This document shows positions 40,948 to 51,753 of a stretch of DNA of 64,000 nucleotides, piece after piece; the stretch's first letter is position 1, and each line of letters begins with the position of its first letter. The stretch comes from Chloroflexota bacterium (lineage in GTDB: Bacteria; Chloroflexota; UBA11872; VXOZ01), in contig OY760183.1 of the NCBI GenBank assembly GCA_963663275.1, forward strand, positions 416,001 to 480,000, given 5' to 3'. Both the position numbers and the translations under genes were made by a program. Under the pieces are notes generated by a model. It did not search any database, was not told the origin of the DNA, and saw nothing but the letters and a program-made list of their open reading frames with translations.

Positions 40948-41251
40948 ATCCCGCGCGCCGTTTGCCGGCGGCCTGGCTTGCGCGCGCCCTCGGCTTGAAT
41001 ATCCACGAATCGCCACGCCACGTGCAACGGCAGGTTGCGAGCCGCCATCCCAGCGCCCATGCGCCGCGACCCCGCGACTGGTTATCTTGACAGCATTCCG
41101 CGATTGGTATTAGAGTGTTAGGCAGCGCGCAGTGGCGCGGCGGCGAGCGGCGCGCACAGCGTTGCCAGGGGGCGCTCGTTGACGGAACCACAGCCGCGAC
41201 CGTACGGAAACATGGTGAGTAGTTTCGACAGTAGTCTCAGGAGGCAGAGGA

Positions 41252-42673
41252 ATGTCTGAGCGTGAGTTTCATTTGACCCGGCGCGGGATTCTCATCGGCG
41301 CCGGACTGACTGGCGCGGGCGCGCTGCTGGCCGCCTGCGGCCAAGCGCCGGCCGCGGCCCCCGAGGCTGCCGCCGAAGAAGCACAAGAAGAAGCGCCAAA
41401 AGCGGAAGCGGAAGCCCCTGAGAAGGAGCCGGTGCACATCCGTTACGGCACGTGGCTCAACGCCCGCCAGCTTGAGAACTACCCGGAAACCCTGGTTGCG
41501 CCGTTCGAAGAGTTGCATCCCGGCGTTACCGTGGAAGTCATCCACAACATGCATGCCTACCAGGAGTCGTTCCGCACGGCGTTCGCGGCCGGCGAGCAGC
41601 CCGACGCCGCCTGGGAAGGCGACAACGCCACCTATCTGCTCGGGTACTTCATCGACCTGGCCGACTACATCAAGCGCGACAACTTCGACCTGAGCCACTA
41701 TCCGCAGCATATCTTCAATTCGATCAGCCGCATTCGCAATGAGATCGTCAGCCTGCCCAACCAGACCGGCGGCAACATGATGGCGCTGCCGTACAACCGG
41801 GAAATCATCGAGAAGGCCGGTCTCAATGAGCCGTCCGCCACCTGGGGCGACCCGGAGTGGAACTGGGACGCCTACATCGACATGGCGAAGAAGACCACCA
41901 TCACCGAGGGCGGCAGCATTGCGACCATGGGCGCCTCCAACATGGGCACCGGCGCGCTCGTGGGCAATCTCCCGTTCCTCTGGGGCGGCCAGTGGGTCTC
42001 CGACGACCGCCGCACCGCCGTGTGCGACAGCCCGGAGACGATGGCGTGCTACAATGACTACTTCTCGATGGTGCACGAGCACGGCGCCATGCTGAAGCCG
42101 GGCCAGGGCGCGGACCTCTTTGGCGAGGGCAGCATCGTCAAGCTCTTCTACCAGGGCAAACTGGCCTTCCTGAATACGCTCTCCAGCGGCACGTTCGGCG
42201 ACATGATGCAGCGCATTCGCGACGAAGACCTGCCGATTGACTTCGCGCCGTTGCCGACGGTGCAGACCACGGCCTCCTTCCAGTGGACGGACGCCAATGG
42301 TGTCGTAACGAACGCGGATCATCCCGAAGAAGCCTGGCAGTACGTAGCCTGGCAGGGCAGCACCCTGAACTGGGCCGTGGGCAAAGGCACAATCCCGATG
42401 CGCGCCGACCTCATGGAGCAGTGGGCCAACGAGACCTTCCCCGACCTGAAGGACAAGGTCCGGCTGGACGTCATCATCAACGTCCTCGACCATCCCGGCG
42501 GCTACGACCCCGGCTGGGTAGTTCCCAATTTCGCCTTCAGCGGTTCCGCGGAGGTGAAGGACTGGCTCAAGGCGGTCTACGCCGGCACCGCGGGCGTGGA
42601 AGAGGGCCTGCTGGCGCTGAAGCCACAGATTCAGGCCATCCTCGACGATACGGAGGAGAAGTACAAAGGGTAA
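41252..42673 (+). CDS. Extracellular solute-binding lipoprotein, Tat signal
   Basis: TRRGIL, LAACG, LPNQTGG, YNREIIEKAGL; related to the 23095-24514 product. Confidence 0.88.
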   Translation: MSEREFHLTRRGILIGAGLTGAGALLAACGQAPAAAPEAAAEEAQEEAPKAEAEAPEKEPVHIRYGTWLNARQLENYPETLVAPFEELHPGVTVEVIHNMHAYQESFRTAFAAGEQPDAAWEGDNATYLLGYFIDLADYIKRDNFDLSHYPQHIFNSISRIRNEIVSLPNQTGGNMMALPYNREIIEKAGLNEPSATWGDPEWNWDAYIDMAKKTTITEGGSIATMGASNMGTGALVGNLPFLWGGQWVSDDRRTAVCDSPETMACYNDYFSMVHEHGAMLKPGQGADLFGEGSIVKLFYQGKLAFLNTLSSGTFGDMMQRIRDEDLPIDFAPLPTVQTTASFQWTDANGVVTNADHPEEAWQYVAWQGSTLNWAVGKGTIPMRADLMEQWANETFPDLKDKVRLDVIINVLDHPGGYDPGWVVPNFAFSGSAEVKDWLKAVYAGTAGVEEGLLALKPQIQAILDDTEEKYKG

Positions 42674-42860
42674 TGCTGGTCGGCCAGGCGACGCGCCTTT
42701 GATCGCCTGAACCTCTCGGAGACAACGCGCTAAATGCGTAGGGGCACGGCATGCCGTGCCCCTACGCATTTAGGTGAACCGCAAGAGACCGCCTAGAGAC
42801 CGCTTGGAGATCGCTTGGAAAACGCTTGGAAAACGCGCAGATGGGAGGAGAGACACCCCC

Positions 42861-43991
42861 ATGTCCAAATATCACGAACGCTACGGCCTGACGCCCATCA
42901 TCAACACCGCCGGCACCCAGACCACGCTCGGCGCATCAGCGGTGCCGCCGGAAGTGGTGGAACGGGTGGTGGAAGCCGCGCCGGAGTTCGCGCGCATGAC
43001 CGAATTACTCGCCGCCGCCGACGCGGCCATTGCCCACGCCACCGGCGCGGAAGCGGGCACGGTCACTCATTGCGCCGCTTCCGCCATCGCGGTGCTCTGC
43101 GCCGGGGCCATGACCGGCGCGCACCTGGGCAAAGTGCTGGCCCTGCCCGACACCAGCCGCATGGAAAACGAGGTCATCATCCAGAAGCGGCACACGGTCG
43201 GCTTTGGCGCGCCGGTGACGCAAATGATTCACCTCAGCGGCGCGCAGGCCGTGGAGTTCGGCGAGGCCAACCGCGCCCTGCCCGAACAGATGGAGTACGC
43301 CATCACCGACCACACCGCGGCCGCGCTCTACGTCGTCTCCCACATGACCGCCACCAGCGGCCAACTCTCCCTGCCCGCCTTTGCCGAGATTGCCCACCGC
43401 CACAACCTTCCTGTCATCGTCGACGCCGCGGCCGGGGCGTTGTTTGCCCACCGCCTGCTGGATGAGGGCGCGGACGCGGTCTGCTTCAGCGGACACAAGC
43501 ACCTCTGCGGCTTCACCTCGGGCGTCATCGCCGGCAAGCGCGACCTGGTCCAGGCCGCGGCCCTGAACGGCAAGGGCATCGGCCGCGCCATGAAACCGTC
43601 CAAAGAGGGCGTGGTAAGCGTCATCGAGCGCATGGAGTGGCTGGCCGACCTGGACTTCGCCGCCTGGGAAGCCGAGCAGAACGCCAAGGTGGACGTGATG
43701 GTGGCGGCGTTGCAGGGCATCCCCGGCGCCAACGTCTTTGCCGAGCGCGACCTCACCGGCAATCCCCAGACCCGTACCAAGATCGTGGTGGACCCGGAAG
43801 CCGCCGGCATGGACGCCGTAGCCGTGTGCCAGGCAATGGAAGCGGGCAGTCCGCCCATCTACGTGCGCGACCACTACGCCGAAGAGGGCTTCCTCTTCAT
43901 CGATCCCATCACCCTGCGCCCGGAGGACGTGCCCACCGTAGTTGCCCGCCTCCAGGAGATATTGCAGCCGGTCGGCGCGACGGTAAGCTAA
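42861..43991 (+). CDS. SelA-like/DgaE-like PLP-dependent enzyme, paralog 2
   Basis: PIINTAG, VIVDAAA, FSGHKHL, GRAMKPSKE; GGAGG RBS. Confidence 0.86.
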   Translation: MSKYHERYGLTPIINTAGTQTTLGASAVPPEVVERVVEAAPEFARMTELLAAADAAIAHATGAEAGTVTHCAASAIAVLCAGAMTGAHLGKVLALPDTSRMENEVIIQKRHTVGFGAPVTQMIHLSGAQAVEFGEANRALPEQMEYAITDHTAAALYVVSHMTATSGQLSLPAFAEIAHRHNLPVIVDAAAGALFAHRLLDEGADAVCFSGHKHLCGFTSGVIAGKRDLVQAAALNGKGIGRAMKPSKEGVVSVIERMEWLADLDFAAWEAEQNAKVDVMVAALQGIPGANVFAERDLTGNPQTRTKIVVDPEAAGMDAVAVCQAMEAGSPPIYVRDHYAEEGFLFIDPITLRPEDVPTVVARLQEILQPVGATVS

Positions 43992-44486
43992 GTGTAGGAC
44001 GCGAATCTCGCTCGTACATTACCGGGCGCAGGCTTTGAGATTGGCAAGAGCCAATAACCGGGAACTGCAAGTATGGCTTGCCATCTTTGGTCAACCGCTG
44101 CCGTTGACAGCGTAATCCTTATATCACTATGCTTAAAGATAGAAGAGGCCCACCAAACGTGACAAAATTCAGAACCTTCACATCGAGCCTGGTTCCGGAA
44201 CGCTGGCCAGTCACCGATTCCGACGATTCGGCTTGCGGCCAATGCCGCCCCGTCGGGATGGCAGGTGTCATCCTATCGCTGCACGATGGTTGCCGCTGCG
44301 TCACCGCGCGCTGAGGAGGTCCGCGGTCGCGTAGCCCCAATTTGGGGCCCAGCCAGCAGTTGTTGCACACGGTGGGAGGGGCCAGCCAAGCGCAGGATGA
44401 ATCGTCGCCAGTAATCTGTGGTAGCCGCAGGAGGGAAGTACGACTTGAATCGCAATTCGTCTGACAGTCCAGGGCACAACCCGGTC

Positions 44487-45926
44487 ATGCGCGCGCCGGC
44501 GCTTCGGCAGCGGCGTAGTCGCGCCATGACTATCATAGGCGTAGTAATCGGCATCCTCATGGCGGTTGCCTTGCATGCCGGTTGCGGCGGCCTCCAGCGG
44601 GTATCGGTCGATACGCCCGCGATGGCGCCCTTGTCGATCCCGCCGCTGCTCGAGCCGAGGATTGAGAATGGTGTCTCGTATTACGAGCTTACGCTCGGCG
44701 CTTCACAGCACGACTACAGACTGCCGGGTATGACCGACACGTACTCCTACAATGGCATGTCTGTGCTCGGCCCCACACTTCGTCTTAGAACCGGAGACTC
44801 GGTGGTCATCAGCGTCACGAACGAGTTGGACGAGACCACAACGACGCACTGGCACGGCGCCGACGTCCCGGCTGAGGACGACGGCGGACCCCACAGCCTT
44901 ATCGAACCGGGAGAGACCTGGGTGGCTGACTTCGACGTGATCCAGCCGGCGGCCACCCTCTGGTATCACCCCCATGCCCATGGGTCCACCGCCGAGCAGG
45001 TCTACCGCGGCGCGGCAGGATTGATAATCATCGAGGACGACAACCCCGCGGCCGCGGCGCTACCGGCAACCTACGGCGTTGACGACATTCCGGTCATCAT
45101 TCAGGACAGGGACTTCACCGAGGACGGTCAACTCGCCTTCGCCATAGACGATGGTGACGAGGGAAAACTCTATTCCACGCTGACGGTGAACGGCACGCTC
45201 AACCCGTTTATCGAGGTGCCTAAAGGGTTGGTTCGGCTCCGGCTGCTGAATGGCAGCCAAGCCCGGATCTACAACCTCGGCGTCGAGGGAGCCGCTATGA
45301 CCAAGATCGCCTCCGACGGCGGCTATCTGGCTAGTCCCGTCGTACTCGAGCGACTCGTGCTCGCGCCCGGGGATCGAGCCGAGATCATCGTCGATGTCGG
45401 GACGGAATCCGCCGCTTTGGTCGACAGTGCGTTTGGCCGGGTGCTGGAGCTCCGCCCGAACGGCTCAGCTTCCGGCACGGGTACGCTTCCGGAGAAACTC
45501 GCCACCATAGAGCGCATATCCGAGTCGGAGATCACGGTGGACCGGAGTTTCCACATGGGGGACGTGCGCAACTTCTGGGAGTTCGACGCAACCTGGGTAA
45601 TCAATGGGGTCCAGTTCGACATGAACAGGATCGACTTTACGGTGAAACTCGGCGATACCGAGCGTTGGACTCTCTCCAGCGACGACGGCCAGCACGTGTT
45701 CCACCCCCACCAGATTCAGTTCTTGATTTTGGCGATCAATGGCGAACCTCCACCACCGGAGGAATCAGGTTGGGAGGACTCCGTGTTGGTGAATTCCGAC
45801 CGTGAGGTCGTCATCGCCGCTCGCTTCAAGACGTATGCCGCTGAAGACATGCCGTATATGTACCATTGCCACATTCTTGATCACGAGGATACGGGCATGA
45901 TGGGGCAGTTCCTGATCGCTGAGTAG
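44487..45926 (+). CDS. Multicopper oxidase (CueO-like, three-domain); start uncertain
   Basis: HWHG, WYHPH, HVFHPH and HCHILDHEDTGMM copper motifs; N-terminal signal/lipobox. Confidence 0.92.
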   Translation: MRAPALRQRRSRAMTIIGVVIGILMAVALHAGCGGLQRVSVDTPAMAPLSIPPLLEPRIENGVSYYELTLGASQHDYRLPGMTDTYSYNGMSVLGPTLRLRTGDSVVISVTNELDETTTTHWHGADVPAEDDGGPHSLIEPGETWVADFDVIQPAATLWYHPHAHGSTAEQVYRGAAGLIIIEDDNPAAAALPATYGVDDIPVIIQDRDFTEDGQLAFAIDDGDEGKLYSTLTVNGTLNPFIEVPKGLVRLRLLNGSQARIYNLGVEGAAMTKIASDGGYLASPVVLERLVLAPGDRAEIIVDVGTESAALVDSAFGRVLELRPNGSASGTGTLPEKLATIERISESEITVDRSFHMGDVRNFWEFDATWVINGVQFDMNRIDFTVKLGDTERWTLSSDDGQHVFHPHQIQFLILAINGEPPPPEESGWEDSVLVNSDREVVIAARFKTYAAEDMPYMYHCHILDHEDTGMMGQFLIAE

Positions 45927-45960
45927 CGCGCGCGTGCTACGGTTGCCATAGAGGGCAAGC

Positions 45961-46107
45961 GGCAACCCGCCCATCTACGTGCGCGACCACTACGCCGAAG
46001 AGGGTTTTCTCTTCATCGACCCCATCACCCTGCGCCCCGAGGACGTGCCGACGGTGATCGCCCGCCTCCAGGAGATCTTGCAGCCGGTCGGCGCGGCGGC
46101 GCGCTGA
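45961..46107 (+). repeat. Direct-repeat copy of the last ~48 codons of the 42861-43991 gene
   Basis: Aligns to 43845-43991; encodes GNPPIYVRDHYAEEGFLFIDPITLRPEDVPTVIARLQEILQPVGAAAR*. Confidence 0.93.
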
Positions 46108-46156
46108 TGTGAATTGACCGCGGCAGGGACATTAGGATGGGAGGCAAACTTCCAAG

Positions 46157-46921
46157 ATGAGGTTGGTCTACAAGCTGGGGCTGGGCATCATTGTGGCCGG
46201 CCTCATCATCGTCCTGTCCGCCGGGGCGCTTGGCGGGATGTTCTACGAAGGGCTCATGCAACTCTTGACGCTCGCGGGCGCGCCCGCGGAGCGCCAGTTC
46301 CTGCCCCCCAGCCAATCGGAAAATGGCGAACTGATACTCCAGATGCTCGGCTCCCTGGTCTTGCTCTGCGGGGCCTGCATCATCAGCGCCCGCCTGTTGC
46401 TCGGCTTGCTGGGATACCTGGCGGCCGGCCTGCTGAAACTGGTCGGCAAGCCGAATATGGCCGCTAAACTGGGATGGGCCGCCGCGCCGGGCTGGTTCGG
46501 CAACCTGGTGTGGATCGCCAAGCTGGGACTGGCCGCGGCGGCGGTCGGGTTCCTCGTCTTCGTCTTCACCGCCGTGCCGGAACTCCTGCTCTATGAAATC
46601 TTCCTCTACGAGTACGGAACGCCGGGGGTGATGGCGACGCTGGGTACCCTCTATAAAGTCGGCCTCGGCATGTTCTGGACCGGCCTTGCCCTCCTGATCT
46701 TGGGGAAGCCGATCCAGGCGCTGCTCAGCTACTGGCTCAACGCGCTTGGCTTCGGGTTGATCCTAATCGGAGTCATCGGCGCGCTGCTGGGGTGGGGAAC
46801 GCCCTTCATCATCGCCGGGGTGATTGGAGGCGCTATGCTGGTTGTGGGCGCTTGGCGCTTCCTGACCGCGCGCAATGCCGACGCCAGGCTGAGAGCCAGG
46901 ATTAGACGACGCGTCCCCTGA
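46157..46921 (+). CDS. Hypothetical polytopic membrane protein
   Basis: About 6-7 hydrophobic helices, recurring (Y/A)K(L/V)GL motif; GGAGG RBS. Confidence 0.7.
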   Translation: MRLVYKLGLGIIVAGLIIVLSAGALGGMFYEGLMQLLTLAGAPAERQFLPPSQSENGELILQMLGSLVLLCGACIISARLLLGLLGYLAAGLLKLVGKPNMAAKLGWAAAPGWFGNLVWIAKLGLAAAAVGFLVFVFTAVPELLLYEIFLYEYGTPGVMATLGTLYKVGLGMFWTGLALLILGKPIQALLSYWLNALGFGLILIGVIGALLGWGTPFIIAGVIGGAMLVVGAWRFLTARNADARLRARIRRRVP

Positions 46922-46947
46922 GCGGCATGGAAACGGACTCCCACTCG

Positions 46948-47400
46948 TCACTCCGGCGAAAGCCGGAGTCCAGGCGGATGCGGCAAAGATAGATTCCCGC
47001 ATTCGTGGGGAAATGTAAGTGTCAGGCAATGCGCTGACAGATTCTGCACCTAGAGCAAGGCAGCCCCGCGCCGCAAACGTCCAACGCACATGTCATTCCG
47101 AACGGAGCGCAGCGCAGTGAGGAATCTAAGACGCTGCGCCAATTGAGTTAGATGAAGCGTGGACCCTAGATTCCTCGCTGCGCTCGGAATGACAGGCGAC
47201 GCGCCCCTCGCGCTTCCTCCTCACTTTCCCCTATCCCACCGCCTCTTACAACATACAAATGACATTTGCATACCCCTGTCAGCCCTCAAAAGGGGGAGGG
47301 TTGGGATGGGGATGAAGTGCTTGACATCACGATTTCTTTGGGCAACAAACTATCTGGATTCCGGCTTTCGCCGGAATGACGGGAGTTATGCATAGGTTTC
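46948..47400. mobile_element. Composite degenerate MITE B/A cluster (long A variant 47034-47282)
   Basis: GTCA(C/T)TCCGGCGAAAGCCGGA palindromes, TACCCCTGTCAG end; internal segment shared with 34324-34420. Confidence 0.65.
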
Positions 47401-47430
47401 CGTAAGGCCCGCCCCCGGCAAGCCGGGCCG

Positions 47431-48819
47431 TTACCAGCCGTTCCGCGCAATCGCCCACACAGTCAGGACCGTGATCACCACGACAATGATGAGCACCGTG
47501 GCCGCCACGCCCAGCAATATCTTCAGGAAGTCTCGCGCGGCCTCTTTCGGCGGGGGCACGGTGACTTGAGACAGAGTGGCGCGCGCGGCCTGGGTGGCTT
47601 GCCGGACGGTAGGCTGCGCGGGGGCGGGCGCCGGCCGCGGCAGCGCGCGCGGCTGCCGCCTGGCCCTGCCGGTCGCGGTCAGCCCCGGCCTGGCCGCGGG
47701 CGCGGTAGCGGACCCGGGATGCGCCGCCGTGCGGGAAAGTGACGCCGGCCCCGGCGGCGGCTTACTGGCAGCCGCCGCCTTCTTTGCGGCCGCCTTCTTC
47801 CTGGCCTCCACCTTCTTCTTTGCCTCTGCCCTCTTCTTTGCCGCCGCCTTCTTCCGGGCCTCCGCTTTCTTCTTTGCCGCCGCCTGCGCAGACGCCATAG
47901 ACGCCGGCGCCGGCGCGGCGCTGGGCGGAATGTCTTGCAGGATTGTCTCCAGATCCGGCACCGCGTCTACCTTGGGCAGCGCGCAGTACTCCTCCAGGCG
48001 TTTCGTCAGTTCCACCACGGCGGGATCTTTGGATTTCTTGACGCGCTTGAATACTTCGGACGCGCCCGGGTCCTCGTAGTCCTTGGCGGTGAATATCAGA
48101 TTGTCGTCGTTGAAGAACGACCACAGGTCGGGGTCGGCGGCCACGGCCAGCAAGCTGAGATAGATCACCAGCGTGGGAAAGTTGTCCACGTAGTCGCCGT
48201 AGTCCGCCGCGGAACGCTGGGGGTGCTGGTAGTTCTTGTGTCCCAATTCCGGGCTGCGCTCCCCGCGGAATTGGGGCAGGAACATGCCGTCGTAGTCCAC
48301 CAGGCGGATATTGCCGTTGTCCTGCACCATCACGTTGCCGTGCTGCAGGTCGTTATGGGCGATGCGCAGCCCGCGCAGGCTGGCGGTGGTGCCGCCGCGC
48401 CACTGGGCGGCCACGCGCCGCAGGGTGTCCGGCTCGTCCAGCGCGTCGCCGACGAACGCGCTCAACACCTCCCCTTCCACCCACTCCATCTTGACGATCG
48501 GATACCAATCGCCCTTGAGGCAGATGCCGTCTTCCACGTACTCGAAGTGGACGAACGAAGGCGGCAGCACGTTGATCAGGTAGTCGCTGAGTTGGTTGTA
48601 GCGGTCCTGCTGGTCTTTCACCTCGCGGGTGAAGCAGCGCACCGCGTACGCGCCGCCGTTGACGGAGACCGAGTAGACGCAGGCGAACGAACCGGAGAAC
48701 ACCATGGGCATGCCCCGTTGGTTCGTCGCCACCTTGCCGTCTTCAAGCTCCGTGCCGTTGAAGCACAGGCTGGGATTCTGCACCGCCTCGCTAAAGTCGG
48801 TTATACCCGGCCAGGACAT
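47431..48819 (-). CDS. Ser/Thr protein kinase of TerY-P triad (YegI-like) with Lys/Ala-rich linker and C-terminal TM
   Basis: SGSFACVY, AVRCF, MEWVEG, HNDLQHGN, LVDYDG, NYQHP. Confidence 0.85.
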   Translation of the reverse strand: MSWPGITDFSEAVQNPSLCFNGTELEDGKVATNQRGMPMVFSGSFACVYSVSVNGGAYAVRCFTREVKDQQDRYNQLSDYLINVLPPSFVHFEYVEDGICLKGDWYPIVKMEWVEGEVLSAFVGDALDEPDTLRRVAAQWRGGTTASLRGLRIAHNDLQHGNVMVQDNGNIRLVDYDGMFLPQFRGERSPELGHKNYQHPQRSAADYGDYVDNFPTLVIYLSLLAVAADPDLWSFFNDDNLIFTAKDYEDPGASEVFKRVKKSKDPAVVELTKRLEEYCALPKVDAVPDLETILQDIPPSAAPAPASMASAQAAAKKKAEARKKAAAKKRAEAKKKVEARKKAAAKKAAAASKPPPGPASLSRTAAHPGSATAPAARPGLTATGRARRQPRALPRPAPAPAQPTVRQATQAARATLSQVTVPPPKEAARDFLKILLGVAATVLIIVVVITVLTVWAIARNGW

Positions 48820-48835
48820 GGCTGCGCACCGCCTC

Positions 48836-49621
48836 TCACGCCTCGTTGACCGCGATGGCGACCAGCGTGGTATCGTCGTTGCGCATCGCGCCTGCGCGCC
48901 GCCGCTGCGCAATCCACTCGTCCCACTCCGGCGCGTCCAACGCCAGCAGGGTCTCCCAAGGCCGCTCGCCGGCGGCGTTGGCGGCCAGGAACCAGCAGGC
49001 CAAGGCGTCCGACGCCAGGATGAAGAGGTCGCCCGGCGCGCACGCGCCGCCGCCGCGCCGCACACATTCCCACAACGCTCCGGCATTGTCCGGGTTGCTG
49101 CACACCAGGTCGGGCGTGTTGTCGAACTGGGCGGCGTCATCCAGGGGAAAGGCGACGTGCAGCCGGCCCCGGCGCACGATGAAGAGGCAGCTATCCCCCA
49201 CGGCCACCGCCTGCCAGCGGAGGCCGCCGGGCGCGTCCGGCGCCGCGCCGAGGGTCAGCCCCACCAGGCTGGCGAAAGCCCCGGCCCGGGCTTTGGCCTC
49301 GCCGTGCCAGGGCACCCGTTCCCAGGGCACGGCGGCGTGCCATGCCGCCTGCGCCGGGGCCAGCCAGTCATAGAGGGTATCTTCCGTCAAGCCGGGGATG
49401 TCCAAGGGCCGGTCGACGAAAGCGTCGGTCAGGATATTCGCCCACTCCCGGGCAAAAGCCGACTCGCTGGCGCCGTCGGCTACGGCTACCCGCACCGTGC
49501 GGCGGCCGGACGCGCCGATGCGCTGGGGGTAGACCGCCTGGGCGGCGTCCTCGTACTCGTCCGGACGGTTGCCCGCCTTGGGCAGCCAGAGCCGCTTGGG
49601 GGGTTGAAGAGTCATCTTCAC
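48836..49621 (-). CDS. PP2C-like phosphatase (YegK-like)
   Basis: YEDA, VADGASES, VGDS, ASDA, NDDTT. Confidence 0.87.
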   Translation of the reverse strand: MKMTLQPPKRLWLPKAGNRPDEYEDAAQAVYPQRIGASGRRTVRVAVADGASESAFAREWANILTDAFVDRPLDIPGLTEDTLYDWLAPAQAAWHAAVPWERVPWHGEAKARAGAFASLVGLTLGAAPDAPGGLRWQAVAVGDSCLFIVRRGRLHVAFPLDDAAQFDNTPDLVCSNPDNAGALWECVRRGGGACAPGDLFILASDALACWFLAANAAGERPWETLLALDAPEWDEWIAQRRRAGAMRNDDTTLVAIAVNEA

Positions 49622-49633
49622 CCTCCACTTCGG

Positions 49634-50491
49634 TTACTGCAAGTCCGATGCGGCGCGGGTCCCAATATCCAGGAACTGCACCAGCGCCACCATGTCGGCG
49701 TTGTAGACGTAGCCGCGCGACCCATCGACCACCGGCAGTTCCATGCTGGCGGCCAGGTCACGCACCGGGTCCGGAAAGACCGAAGACATGCGGAACATCG
49801 CCGCCGCGTAGTCATCCGGCGGCAGGTCGTCCTCCGCGGCCGGGTACTGCACCGGCGGCGCGGACACCTCGGAGAGATGCGCGTTGTAGAGCAGCGTCTC
49901 GCCGTCGTTGGTCGCCAGAGACATGAGTTCCTGGGCGATGGGTTCCGGATCCCCATCGCCGGCGGCGCCGTCGGAGATGTTGATCACCATCGGGGGATAG
50001 GAATCCGCGTGTTCCGACGTCCACGCCTCCACGGCGGCGGACGCGGCGGAGAGCGCCGCGCACATGGGCGTGCCGTATGACGCCGTCGGCCGGAGCCACA
50101 CCGGAAACTTGCGGTTGACTTCCACGATGCCGCCGGCCCCGTCGGACTCCTTCACCACCCGTTCCTCCACCTCGGCCGCGTCAACCACCTCGCTGACCGC
50201 CAGGAACGGCTCCTCCACGGAGGTACCGGGAAACACGGCGCCCAACGATGGTTCCCCGGTAGGGTCGGTGGTGTAGGTAATGATGCCGATGTGGAAGTAG
50301 TCGCGAACTTCCATGCCCTGGGAGCAGCGCTGGGAGAGGGCATCGAGAATCCGATTGATGGCGTCGGCCGCGCCATGCATCTTTAGCAGGCCGGGCTGTC
50401 CGCCCAAAGCGCCGGACATCGATGCCGATTGGTCGAGCAGGAAGAGGAAGCAGCCGGGATTGTTGCGGCTGATGTCCGCCGTGTAGGGCAT
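49634..50491 (-). CDS. vWA-domain protein (TerY/YegL-like)
   Basis: LLDQSASM MIDAS, GTPM, INISDG. Confidence 0.88.
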   Translation of the reverse strand: MPYTADISRNNPGCFLFLLDQSASMSGALGGQPGLLKMHGAADAINRILDALSQRCSQGMEVRDYFHIGIITYTTDPTGEPSLGAVFPGTSVEEPFLAVSEVVDAAEVEERVVKESDGAGGIVEVNRKFPVWLRPTASYGTPMCAALSAASAAVEAWTSEHADSYPPMVINISDGAAGDGDPEPIAQELMSLATNDGETLLYNAHLSEVSAPPVQYPAAEDDLPPDDYAAAMFRMSSVFPDPVRDLAASMELPVVDGSRGYVYNADMVALVQFLDIGTRAASDLQ

Positions 50492-50787
50492 AGCGTACTA
50501 CTCCTTGCGGTGCTAGCAATCGTGCGGCTCAAGTCTATGTCTGTATAACATAGACACAATCTGAGAGCAATCGGCCGCGCGGCCCACAACCGTTTCCAAG
50601 GCGTCAACACGTCGTTTGATCACACCGGTTGGGGCAATTGGCTGCTCCCGTACGGGCACGAATTGTCGATTGGTCACCCCGGTTGGGGCACGCGGCCACC
50701 CCCGGTAGGGGCACGACATGTCGTGCCCCTACCGGGGGTGGCCAATTGACGAAAACCGCGCCGCGCGCCCGTCCGCCGGGCGGCGCG

Positions 50788-51681
50788 TCAACGCCTGGCG
50801 CGCTCGTCCCCGCCGAGCAACGCCGCCAGGGACGTATCCAAGGCGGCGGCGATGCGCGCGGCCGCGCCGATGGTGATGTTCTGCTTGCCCTTCTCCACCG
50901 TGCTCAGGTAGGCGCGGTCCAGGCCGGCCTGGGCGGCCAGCGCCTGTTGGCTCCAGCCGCGCTCCTTGCGCAGGCGCTGCACGCGCTGTCCCAGGGCGCT
51001 CAAGTGTTCGTCCACGGTCTGCCGCTCCCGGCCCAGGTTCAGGCGGCGGTTGGCGTGGCGAATGGCCTCCAAAGGATCGTCCGAGACCAGGTCCGCCGGA
51101 ATGCCGGCGCGCGCCGCGGGCGTCTCCAGGCAGCCGCCGCCCACGAACACCAGCGGCGGGTCGGCCAGCGCCTTCAGAATCCCGGCCGCCTCCCGCGCCA
51201 CCGGGATGCGGTCCGGCCGCGAAAGCGAAAGGATCACCACGTCCGGCCGGCGCTCCTCCACCCATGCCACCAGGTCGCGGGTGGGCGTATTCTGCCCCAG
51301 GAAAGCCACGTCCCAGCCCTCCATATAGAAGAGGTCGGCAATCAAGCGCGCGCCCACCGCGTGCATCTCGCCTTCCACGGCGGTAATCACGGCCTCCGCG
51401 CCCACGCGCTGCCGCCGCCGGGCCAGACCCCGGATATAGGCGCTCTGCTGCAGTGTAATCTGGATCGCCAGATGTTCCACGGCGATGTTCAGTTTCCCCT
51501 TGCGCCAGGCGTCTCCCACCGCGGCCAGGGCGGGCGTGAGCACCTCCACGTAGACCACTACCGGCTCCAGGCCGCGGTCCATGGCGTCCCGGATCACACG
51601 GGACGCCTCATCATGGTCGCCGGCGAATAAGGTCTGCGTGTACCGTTCCCGCAGGATTTCTACGTCTCGATTGTCTGCCAT
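50788..51681 (-). CDS. Cobalamin-binding (CarH-type cap plus Rossmann) domain fused to C-terminal XRE HTH
   Basis: W-x9-EH ([12 protein letters not shown]), E-x-H-xx-G (EMHAVG), SLS, VGG; then [29 protein letters not shown]. Confidence 0.88.
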   Translation of the reverse strand: MADNRDVEILRERYTQTLFAGDHDEASRVIRDAMDRGLEPVVVYVEVLTPALAAVGDAWRKGKLNIAVEHLAIQITLQQSAYIRGLARRRQRVGAEAVITAVEGEMHAVGARLIADLFYMEGWDVAFLGQNTPTRDLVAWVEERRPDVVILSLSRPDRIPVAREAAGILKALADPPLVFVGGGCLETPAARAGIPADLVSDDPLEAIRHANRRLNLGRERQTVDEHLSALGQRVQRLRKERGWSQQALAAQAGLDRAYLSTVEKGKQNITIGAAARIAAALDTSLAALLGGDERARR

Positions 51682-51716
51682 CGGCGCCTCGCGTATATTC
51701 TGGCCGGAAAGTTGTT

Positions 51717-51753
51717 GTATATAGTTGACACCGTGTTGTGTATACTATATACT
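51717..51753 (+). promoter_or_regulatory. Promoter TTGACA-17-TATACT overlapped by 9-bp inverted repeat (candidate operator)
   Basis: GTATATAGT (51717-25) / ACTATATAC (51744-52); -35 at 51725-30, -10 at 51748-53. Confidence 0.7.
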
